From Tumidithrix helvetica PCC 7403 (GTDB lineage: Bacteria > Cyanobacteriota > Cyanobacteriia > Pseudanabaenales > Pseudanabaenaceae), in the NCBI RefSeq assembly GCF_965232925.1, contig NZ_CBDDRA010000004.1, positions 4,222 to 26,407 on the forward strand: DNA of 22,186 bases. The letters are read 5' to 3'. Shown here in pieces: positions 1 through 6,951 of the stretch. Below the pieces are notes generated by a model, which worked only from the letters and a program-made list of their open reading frames with translations, searched no databases and was not told where the DNA came from. Position 1 is the first letter of the stretch. Every line of letters begins with the position of its first letter. Position numbers and translations under genes: made by a program.

Positions 1-319
1 ACAGAGTAGCACTATGCAACAGCCGATGGTTCCAGTAGTAGAGATAGTCAACCACAGCGAAACTGAATAGGAAACTCAAAAGTGGTGACACGATGAGGCA
101 GCCCGATTGACTCGGTAATAGCCATTGATAGGTCTGAGCCAGCAGCGTTATCTGTAAAAGCGGAATAAGAACGCCCTGAATCGCCAACCCCGCAAGATCT
201 AGCAACCATTCCTCGCCGCTTTTGGTTTTGATTTGCGTGCGCCCCACTCGATTCGCCCAGGTCAGTGCCATCAGCCCCCAAAACGTTACAAAAACTGGAA
301 ATTGGATGAGGTAGGACAT
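1..319 (-). CDS. Fatty acid hydroxylase / sterol desaturase superfamily membrane di-iron protein, N-terminal part only (gene continues past the left edge)
   Basis: Absent from the ORF track because there is no stop in the window. The ATG is at 319..317, 4 nt after the stop of the Rieske gene. My manual translation stays open down to position 2: MSYLIQFPVFVTFWGLMALTWANRVGRTQIKTKSGEEWLLDLAGLAIQGVLIPLLQITLLAQTYQWLLPSQSGCLIVSPLLSFLFSFAVVDYLYYWNHRLLHSATL. Hydrophobic helices are followed by DYLYYWNHRLLH, the first histidine box (HRxxH) typical of this family. Confidence 0.7.
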   Translation of the reverse strand, partial: MSYLIQFPVFVTFWGLMALTWANRVGRTQIKTKSGEEWLLDLAGLAIQGVLIPLLQITLLAQTYQWLLPSQSGCLIVSPLLSFLFSFAVVDYLYYWNHRLLHSATL

Positions 320-323
320 GCCC

Positions 324-1352
324 TTAAACCCAAAATGTCACGGATACTGACCGATCTGGCAATTCACGCGGATCTTTTCCCTGAGCGATCGCTGCCCGAA
401 TCGATTCCACAAATACATGAATGGTATCCGCAGGTGTATGGGCAAACTTCGTGCCATACTTGGCGATCGCTTCTCCCTGAATGCCCAAAATTTTAATGTC
501 TTGATGAATAATGCGCTGAGCCGTCCACCATACCAGCGGACGCGCCAGTTGATTCCAAAGACCATAGTTGTAGGTAACATCGGTGTAAACCAGCGTGGAG
601 AGTTCGGTTTCGGGAATGGATTGACTCGTAATCAGGAGTTGGCGATCGCGCCCTAAGATATATTCCACAGAGGTGATATTGGGCATATAAAAGCAATCCC
701 GATGTTTAATTTCCGCACCCTGTCCGTTTAAAAATCGAGTATACCAGCCCAGATTATTGGTTTCATGGTGATATTCCACCAGTACAGCCCCCTGCCGTCG
801 TTCCACCTGCATCGCTAGCTGCTGCTGCCTTGCTGTGCGAAAGATGCCTGGATGTACAAAGGCAGTGTGAGGAATATCGATAAAGTTCTCAACACAATTG
901 GTGACATTATTGGCAAAACGATTGATCGTCCGCACCGTCTCCCAGCCTGTTTCACGATAGTGCGGCATGGCAAAGGGGCGCGATGACTTTGGTGTGGCGC
1001 TCAAGCGCACGTAGATATAGCCATCCTGCTCGCAGGTGTCGTACCGCTTTACCTGTCTGGATTTTTCCTGTTTGAACGCAGTGCCCTCGGCGGGTATAGC
1101 AACGACATTGCCCTCGCGATCGTACACCCAGCCGTGATAAGGACATTGCAAAGTGCCTTGACAGACTTGTCCCTGAGATAAACGACTGTGGCGGTGCAAG
1201 CAGCGATCGCGCAATGCTACTGCCTGTCCATCCTTGTCGCGAAATATCACGAGCCATTCATCCAAAATTATCCGCGCTAGTACCGTATTAGGGCGCAAGC
1301 GATCGCTTAAAGCGACAATGTACCAAAAGTCCTCGAATCCCATGCCTGTCAT
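324..1352 (-). CDS. Rieske [2Fe-2S] non-heme iron oxygenase, alpha-subunit-only type (PaO/Tic55/phthalate-family-like)
   Basis: Rieske motif CLHRHSRLSQGQVCQGTLQCPYHGW (CxH...CxxH). Mononuclear-iron motif NCVENFIDIPHTAFVH (ExxxDxxHxxxxH). I place the start at ATG 1352 (MTGMGFEDFWYIVALSD...), which forms an ATGA overlap with the ferredoxin stop (1349..1351). The 92 extra N-terminal residues of the 434-aa track ORF are low-complexity and overlap the ferredoxin gene. Confidence 0.85.
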   Translation of the reverse strand: MTGMGFEDFWYIVALSDRLRPNTVLARIILDEWLVIFRDKDGQAVALRDRCLHRHSRLSQGQVCQGTLQCPYHGWVYDREGNVVAIPAEGTAFKQEKSRQVKRYDTCEQDGYIYVRLSATPKSSRPFAMPHYRETGWETVRTINRFANNVTNCVENFIDIPHTAFVHPGIFRTARQQQLAMQVERRQGAVLVEYHHETNNLGWYTRFLNGQGAEIKHRDCFYMPNITSVEYILGRDRQLLITSQSIPETELSTLVYTDVTYNYGLWNQLARPLVWWTAQRIIHQDIKILGIQGEAIAKYGTKFAHTPADTIHVFVESIRAAIAQGKDPRELPDRSVSVTFWV

Positions 1353-1639
1353 CCCTCTAGTTTGCGAATCTCCAGATCCGCAGTGAGTTCGATCTGACAG
1401 GCTAAACGTGCATGGGCATGATGGGGAGCCAAGGTGTCTAGCAGTTCTAATTCCTCTGGCTTGGGGGGAGGGATCTTGCCCGTTATCTCCACAAGGCAGG
1501 TGCCGCAAATCCCAGTCCGACAACCAAATAGCACAGGGGAATTTTGAATCGTCAGATGCTCCGACAGGTTTTCTTGGAGGGCTAGGGTAATCGATGGGAA
1601 TTTTGTGCCCGGAAAGTGAATTGTGCAAAGATCAGACAT
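1349..1639 (-). CDS. [2Fe-2S] ferredoxin, probable dedicated electron donor of the oxygenase block
   Basis: Cluster-binding pattern CRTGICGTC (Cx4Cx2C) plus a distal Cys in ARLACQ. Small size. Start taken at ATG 1639 (MSDLCTIHF...), giving an 8-nt overlap with the upstream stop; the alternative ATG at 1666 gives 105 aa. Confidence 0.8.
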   Translation of the reverse strand: MSDLCTIHFPGTKFPSITLALQENLSEHLTIQNSPVLFGCRTGICGTCLVEITGKIPPPKPEELELLDTLAPHHAHARLACQIELTADLEIRKLEG

Positions 1640-2822
1640 CGCCAACACCTTGGTGCTGTCGCTCAAACACCTGAAAAGCTTGGCGTTGCCTTGCCAAATA
1701 TTGGGGAATGGAATTGGCTGCCATTAACGACATTTCCCGATTAATTTTCCAGAGATAATCAAGGGGTTCGACATAAACACGGTAGGATTGCATGGCTTCT
1801 TGGTGGGTTTGATAGCTGCGGTGTAACCCGAGAGTCTCCTCCGTAAAACATTGTCGCATCATAGCTCTGGCTTCGGCAGCTTCCATGCTAAAGATCGGCG
1901 ATCGCAATACCTCATAAATCTTGGCATATAGGGCTGGGTCGTACCAAAAGATGCCGTTGATTGCTGCCGAGAAATGATAATGATCGCGCTGACAGCCCTT
2001 CACGCCCATATTGGCTACGAGGGCTTCAAACGCAGTGGGCGGAGGCAGACAAGTTCCAATATCGTGGGACAGGATCGTAGAACTGTTGAAGTGAAAACTC
2101 TCATCCAAAAAATGATAGTAGGAAATTTTGGCAGGAATGGGAGCATTGTCTGGGTCGGGGTGCTTTTGGTAGTACTGGCTGAGTTTGTGTTGTACCAATT
2201 TGCCATTCAGCGTGCGAATGCCGCGCACTGTGAAATATTGGCAAGCGAGAAAGGTATTGTTGGCAGAAATTAAGCCGAAATATTGGAGTTGTAGCTTTTT
2301 CCACCAGGTTTTCAGGGCAGTGGTATCGGCATAGACCATGGTTTCGGTGAATGGTCCCCGCATCGGATAGGTGAAAAGGTGCCGTCCAAACAGCGCTCGT
2401 TCCACATCCCTAGACACGGTGCGGAAAGCGTGGATGTGGGCGCGTTCCTGAGAGGATTCTAAATCTAAGGTGTCGCAGACTAAACGAAAGTCCTCTTGGG
2501 CGTAAAGTCCAGCGGCACTGGTCTGGTTAAAAAAAATGGTCGCAATTTCGGCGGAAATAATTTGGGAATAATAGGCTACCCAATAAAGTTGGTTGAGTAC
2601 CAGCCGTTGCGATGGACTTGCCTGTTCCCACACAGGCGTACCGTATAGGAGCGAGAACTCTTCAGGATTCCAATACTCATTTTTGCAAGTGTCATAGCAA
2701 AAAGACTGCGCGGCTTCGTCCATCGCGGCGGTGCGATCTTGCTGCCGATTGCGCCTGTAGTTAATCTGAAGTTTGCCATAGGTGGTGGCGTTGTCAGAAA
2801 GTTTCTGGATGGCTTGGTTCAT
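1632..2822 (-). CDS. Soluble diiron-carboxylate oxygenase, AurF (p-aminobenzoate N-oxygenase)-like family
   Basis: IISAEIAT ... 34 residues ... SQERAHIH gives E...ExxH. YYHFLDESFH gives HxxxExxH, the same spacing as the second-half metal ligands of AurF. Start taken at ATG 2822 (MNQAIQKLSD...), 22 nt after the upstream stop, with GGGGAA about 8 nt upstream. The track start at 2885 would overlap the upstream gene by 41 nt. Confidence 0.75.
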   Translation of the reverse strand: MNQAIQKLSDNATTYGKLQINYRRNRQQDRTAAMDEAAQSFCYDTCKNEYWNPEEFSLLYGTPVWEQASPSQRLVLNQLYWVAYYSQIISAEIATIFFNQTSAAGLYAQEDFRLVCDTLDLESSQERAHIHAFRTVSRDVERALFGRHLFTYPMRGPFTETMVYADTTALKTWWKKLQLQYFGLISANNTFLACQYFTVRGIRTLNGKLVQHKLSQYYQKHPDPDNAPIPAKISYYHFLDESFHFNSSTILSHDIGTCLPPPTAFEALVANMGVKGCQRDHYHFSAAINGIFWYDPALYAKIYEVLRSPIFSMEAAEARAMMRQCFTEETLGLHRSYQTHQEAMQSYRVYVEPLDYLWKINREMSLMAANSIPQYLARQRQAFQVFERQHQGVGDV

Positions 2823-2844
2823 AGGATTGTTCCCCAAATTGTCT

Positions 2845-3756
2845 TCACAGGCATCGATCGGGCGGTAGCGGTTCAAAGGCACCACGTTCTGCTAAAGCTT
2901 GCACAATTCCAACTGCGGTTTCGCCTCGCATCAACGATCGCAACAATTGTAGTCTTTTGCCACTGTGGGTTTCAGTCCCTAATTCTTGTAGGATTTGAAT
3001 TTTCTGCGATCGCGTCAGATGTCCCTTAACCTGCTCGATCGCTCCCACCACACTTTGCGGCCCCACCTGCACCATCCGCAAAAATGTTGCTAGCACATCG
3101 GCAATCGCGGCGTGACTTGCTGTGGATCGAGCCATTCGATCGAACAGCGTGAAACCCGTGCTATGGTGACGGGCTTCGGCATGGAGGAAGCTAGAAAACA
3201 GATCGGACAGCCTGCGATCGCCACAGGTTTTAGCTAATTGGCGGTAGTGACCGATCCCCCAACCTTCTAGGACTACCTGAACGACAAAGAGAAGTACGGC
3301 TTTGTCCGCACCATTCACGACATCTGCTAATAGGCGCAAAAAAGGACGATCGCGACTATCTGGTTCTGGAACTGGCAAAAAATGTCCGATTTGACTGAGA
3401 TGGGTGGCTTCATCCGCTGCAAATAGTGCGTATAGCATACGCTCCTCCACCGTTTCTGCCAACAGCACCATCTTTGCCATGTAGCCAACTCCCGCTTTCT
3501 CAATGAAATAGGCTTCTTCTAGCAAGCTCTGATTGGCAAGCTGAAGTATGGTGATTTGTTCTATGTCATCTGCGTCTTGGAATAATTTGACTCGATCCAG
3601 ATTGAAAAATGGCGCGTTCCAGTAAATTCCTTGGGCAGAGGTGTGAATCCCGCGATCGCCACGCTCCTTTAGTGCTGCCGCTAATATTCTTTGCAATGGG
3701 CGATCGTCCTTGGCATGGGGTAAGTCCAGACCAGCAATTCTAAGATCTAAGCTCAT
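2845..3756 (-). CDS. Ferritin-like diiron-carboxylate protein with two E...ExxH motifs, function unknown
   Basis: LLEEAYFIE ... about 35 aa ... ADEATH, then VLEGWG ... 30 aa ... HAEARHH. This is the classical six-ligand four-helix-bundle diiron signature. The ATG at 3756 overlaps the upstream Rieske stop as ATGA. Confidence 0.7.
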   Translation of the reverse strand: MSLDLRIAGLDLPHAKDDRPLQRILAAALKERGDRGIHTSAQGIYWNAPFFNLDRVKLFQDADDIEQITILQLANQSLLEEAYFIEKAGVGYMAKMVLLAETVEERMLYALFAADEATHLSQIGHFLPVPEPDSRDRPFLRLLADVVNGADKAVLLFVVQVVLEGWGIGHYRQLAKTCGDRRLSDLFSSFLHAEARHHSTGFTLFDRMARSTASHAAIADVLATFLRMVQVGPQSVVGAIEQVKGHLTRSQKIQILQELGTETHSGKRLQLLRSLMRGETAVGIVQALAERGAFEPLPPDRCL

Positions 3757-4862
3757 GGGACTTCCCTATCCTCTAAAGCAAGAATGGCAGAAATGGCATT
3801 GTGTGATGGCAAGGGAGGAATATCGCCGCTCTCATCCTGTGGAACGGGTTCCCAAGTCGCCCATGCGATCGCTTTCTGCTGATTAACATGTTGCATGAAT
3901 TGCAGAATGGATCGATCTGCGAAGGTGGGAGTTTTGAGATCGAACTGAATGGTTTGAAACACTTGCGTATCGCCCTTTGCAAAGTAATTACCCACCTGCT
4001 GCGTTAACCACAGTAATATGCGATTTAACGCCCACCCCAAGCAGCCAGCGCGCTTTGGGGTCATCAAAATGGTTTGCCCTTCGGTTTTATTGCCCGCGAT
4101 CGGTCGCAGGGCAAACATAATATAAAAGTGCAGGAAATCAGGCCCCAAGGTTACAGTTCCCGTACTGCCATACCAGTAGCACATGCTGTAGGTGACGGCA
4201 TTGCGGTAGAGAGGGCGAATCAAACGAATCAGCCACGATTCATTTCCTCCCTGCGTGATATTGTTAAATGCAATCGCGTTTTCATGAAGGATTGATTTGT
4301 CAAACACGATCTCTAAGGGAAGATTGTGAACTGTGTTGAAGTGATGAGCATCGATCGCATTGATCAGCAACACATTGGGGTGACAGTTTTTCACAAACCG
4401 AGAACCCAAAACAGAATCCAAGTCGATTCCTTCTAATTCGGGCGCATAGGGCAGCGCGCGTGGTGTTGCTTCTCCCACCCAAACCCAGACCAAACCATAG
4501 ATCTCGGCAGTTCGCCATATTTTTACGCATACGGGTAGCGGTTTTTCGAGTGCGGGCACATCTAAGCAGATTCCTTGCGCGTCATACTTCCAATTATGGA
4601 AAAAACAGCGAAGGTCATCACCATCTACCCTACCCTCGGCAAGATGTGCTCCCATGTGCGGACAATAGGCATCCATCGCTACAGTCTGACCGTTCGCGCC
4701 CCGATAAATTGCCAAATCTCTGCCCATCAGTGTTACGGCTTTCACTTTGCCCACTGGTAGCGATCGCGAAGGGATTGCCCAGTACCAACCTGGTACAAAT
4801 TGTGTTGAGCTATTGAAGTTCAGGTTGGTACTCACAAGAGGTAGAAGTAGCTCCGCAGTCAT
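3753..4862 (-). CDS. Rieske [2Fe-2S] non-heme iron oxygenase (second, divergent copy)
   Basis: Rieske motif CPHMGAHLAEGRVDGDDLRCFFHNW. Catalytic iron motif NAIDAHHFNTVH (DxxHxxxxH). The N-terminus (FVPGWYWAIPSRSL) is typical of alpha subunits. No beta subunit is present nearby. Confidence 0.85.
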   Translation of the reverse strand: MTAELLLPLVSTNLNFNSSTQFVPGWYWAIPSRSLPVGKVKAVTLMGRDLAIYRGANGQTVAMDAYCPHMGAHLAEGRVDGDDLRCFFHNWKYDAQGICLDVPALEKPLPVCVKIWRTAEIYGLVWVWVGEATPRALPYAPELEGIDLDSVLGSRFVKNCHPNVLLINAIDAHHFNTVHNLPLEIVFDKSILHENAIAFNNITQGGNESWLIRLIRPLYRNAVTYSMCYWYGSTGTVTLGPDFLHFYIMFALRPIAGNKTEGQTILMTPKRAGCLGWALNRILLWLTQQVGNYFAKGDTQVFQTIQFDLKTPTFADRSILQFMQHVNQQKAIAWATWEPVPQDESGDIPPLPSHNAISAILALEDREVP

Positions 4863-4863
4863 C

Positions 4864-4891
4864 CCTAAAGCTTATGTCCTAAAGCTTATGT
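4864..4891. repeat. Perfect tandem duplication of a 14-bp unit (CCTAAAGCTTATGT x2) in the 39-nt spacer between the receiver gene and the first Rieske gene
   Basis: Read directly: 4864-4877 and 4878-4891 are identical. Each unit contains the palindrome AAGCTT. On the coding (minus) strand the repeat ends 1 nt before the Rieske ATG (4862). Confidence 0.9.
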
Positions 4892-4901
4892 CAAGACAAT
4901 C

Positions 4902-5282
4902 CTAAACAACATTCTTAATCGTTTCTAACAAGCTGAGGGTACAAGCACCCTTGTCACAAAACGCATCGATTGTCGCACCATTCTCCGTAGCACGAGCTTT
5001 ACCGCCCTCTGCCGCAGAGTAAGCCACAATTTTAATATCGGGATATTGACTTTTAATATAACTAGAGGCTGCCCATCCATCCATCACTGGCATATGCAAA
5101 TCCATCACAATCAGGTCAGGATTGCACTTTTGAGCTTTGGCGATCGCTTCTTTGCCGTTGCTTGCCACTTCCACAGCTTTAATATATGACTGACGCGAAA
5201 GGGCGAGCTTTAACGTACATCTGGTTAACTCGTGGTCATCAACCACTAAAACACGTAAAGGAGATGTTTTTGTGGATGTCAT
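4902..5282 (-). CDS. Stand-alone response-regulator receiver (CheY-like) protein
   Basis: LRVLVVDDHELTR (acidic pocket), DLIVMDLHMPVMDG (phospho-acceptor Asp), KIVAYSA and a conserved Lys region. At 126 aa it has no output domain. Confidence 0.85.
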   Translation of the reverse strand: MTSTKTSPLRVLVVDDHELTRCTLKLALSRQSYIKAVEVASNGKEAIAKAQKCNPDLIVMDLHMPVMDGWAASSYIKSQYPDIKIVAYSAAEGGKARATENGATIDAFCDKGACTLSLLETIKNVV

Positions 5283-5440
5283 AGCGGCTTATTAAATTTA
5301 CTAAAGAGCAAAAATTTTATGTAAACTACTATACTTTCTTTACCTTGAAACGTCTTCTACCGCAAGTTGTATAGTTCCTGCGTAAAAATACTTAGAAGTT
5401 AGAGCTATCTTAAGATTAACTACTAATTTTAGAAGACGAA

Positions 5441-5460
5441 GGGGTGATATATATCACCCC
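5441..5460 (-). terminator. Perfect 20-bp palindrome GGGGTGATATATATCACCCC, probable terminator after the IMPDH gene
   Basis: Lies about 100 nt downstream of the stop at 5558. On the minus strand it is followed by TTCGTCTTCTAAAATT. It also separates guaB from the promoter region of the receiver/oxygenase block. A 9-bp inverted repeat (CGTCTTCTA 5351-5359 / TAGAAGACG 5430-5438) flanks it. Confidence 0.45.
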
Positions 5461-5557
5461 CAAAAACATCATATTTTGGTTAGCCAATGGATTAAGGGGC
5501 TAGCAGCATATTTATACGAATGCATCGCCCTTACACCTAACTTATCCCGAACTGACG

Positions 5558-6721
5558 CTACTTGCCCATACCAAGCTGCTGTGCCTTTTGATAGACTTTG
5601 CCCTCCGTGAGCAAAGATGGTGCGACTACAACTTCTACTTGCTGCATTTCCTTGAGGTTTTTTGCCCCCAAGGTTCCCATACTGGTTTTGAGTGCGCCCA
5701 GCAGATTATGCGTACCATCATCTAAGCCAGCAGGTCCGCGTAAAATTTGCTCGATCGAGCCTGTTGTGCCGACACGAATGCGCGTACCGCGAGGTAAAAC
5801 AGGGCTAGGTGTTGCCATACCCCAGTGAAAACCGCGCCCTGGAGCTTCTTGGGCTCTGGCGAAGGGCGAACCAATCATCACACCGTCAGCACCACAAGCG
5901 ATCGACTTACAAATGTCACCACCTGTGATTAAGCCCCCATCGGCAATAATCGGAATGTATTTCCCAGTTTGGTCGTAAAAATCATTTCTAGCCGCCGCAC
6001 AGTCGGCGATCGCCGTTGCTTGTGGTAGCCCAACGCCCAACACCCCTCTCGAAGTACAGGCAGCACCAGGTCCAATGCCAACCAAAATACCTGCGGCTCC
6101 AGCATTCAGCAGTTGTAAAGTCACTTCGTAAGTAACGCAGTTGCCCATCACTACAGGAATCGGCATCTTACGGCAAAACTCTTCTAAGTTTAGAGACTGT
6201 AAGCCTTCCGCAGAGATATGTGTGGTGGAAACAACCGTAGACTGAAGAAAGAACAGGTCACAGCCTGCTTCTGCTGCGAGTTGACCGTATTTTTCTGCAT
6301 TGGCGGGGGTGCTACTGGCACAGGCGATCGCGCCGCGTGCCTTAATCTCGCGAATCCGTTTCTGAATCAATTCTGGTTTGACTGGCTCGGCATAGAGTTG
6401 TTGCATCAAGCCGACAAATTCGGTCACACCAACCGAGGCAATCTTATCGAGAATTGGCGCAGTGTCTTCATAGCGAGTTTGGATGCCATCAAGGTTAATG
6501 ACGCCAAGGGCACCCAATTGCGATAGCAATACTGCCATCTCAACGTCAACAACACCATCCATGGCACTGGCAATAATCGGGATCTCCCGCTTGATGCCAC
6601 CGATCTCCCAATATGTATCAGCAACATTGGGATCGAGTGTAATGTTTCCTGGAACTAAAGCGATTTCGTCAATGCCATAGGCTCGCCGCGCCGTTTTACC
6701 ACGCCCAATATGAATATCCAC
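5558..6721 (-). CDS. guaB: IMP dehydrogenase family protein, short GuaB3-type without CBS domains
   Basis: N-terminus [35 protein letters not shown], catalytic-loop-like [43 protein letters not shown] start at 6721. 387 aa. Confidence 0.85.
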   Translation of the reverse strand: MDIHIGRGKTARRAYGIDEIALVPGNITLDPNVADTYWEIGGIKREIPIIASAMDGVVDVEMAVLLSQLGALGVINLDGIQTRYEDTAPILDKIASVGVTEFVGLMQQLYAEPVKPELIQKRIREIKARGAIACASSTPANAEKYGQLAAEAGCDLFFLQSTVVSTTHISAEGLQSLNLEEFCRKMPIPVVMGNCVTYEVTLQLLNAGAAGILVGIGPGAACTSRGVLGVGLPQATAIADCAAARNDFYDQTGKYIPIIADGGLITGGDICKSIACGADGVMIGSPFARAQEAPGRGFHWGMATPSPVLPRGTRIRVGTTGSIEQILRGPAGLDDGTHNLLGALKTSMGTLGAKNLKEMQQVEVVVAPSLLTEGKVYQKAQQLGMGK

Positions 6722-6756
6722 TGTTTTGCTTACCTATTTTTGAGTCAGATTAAGTC

Positions 6757-6786
6757 AGCCTAGCAGAGCAAAATGATCGCTGTCAA
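6757..6786 (-). promoter_or_regulatory. Candidate sigma70-type promoter for guaB
   Basis: On the minus strand: TTGACA (6786-6781), an 18-nt spacer, then TAGGCT (6762-6757), about 35 nt upstream of the GTG start. Pattern match only. Confidence 0.25.
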
Positions 6787-6951
6787 AACCTTCTCCCTTT
6801 AGCCTTGCTGCTAATTGGTTGCGGTCGATAAAGCCACTCTAAGGAAAGTATGGCTTTTGATGTTCTGCTAAATAGTGCATGAGTGGTGGACGCGCAAACG
6901 CGAGCGCAGCAGATTCAACATCACAAAAGACGATGCGTTTCACTTGTATTT

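Noticed and set aside
48-281. 77-aa track ORF on the minus strand at the left edge
   Set aside because: A different minus-strand frame starting at ATG 319 is open to the window edge and encodes TM helices plus a DYxxYWxHRxxH histidine box. The 77-aa ORF is a Gly/Ser/Ala-rich shadow of that gene.
1353-1628. The 92-residue N-terminal extension of the 434-aa track ORF (324..1628) for the first Rieske oxygenase
   Set aside because: The extension is Pro/Ser/Gly/Arg-rich and has no Rieske-family similarity. It lies entirely inside the well-supported ferredoxin gene in another frame. The internal ATG at 1352 gives a typical N-terminus (FWYIVALSD) and an ATGA coupling overlap.
1640-1666. Longer start (ATG 1666) for the operon ferredoxin, and the TTG 11209 start for the RodA-like gene
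   Set aside because: The shorter ATG starts (1639 and 11227) minimise overlap with upstream sequence and give conventional N-termini. This cannot be decided from sequence alone, so the alternatives are only noted.
4864-4891. Short tandem repeats here and at 19468-19502 as a degenerate CRISPR array
   Set aside because: The units are 11-14 bp with no spacers, only 2-3 copies, and no cas genes in the window.
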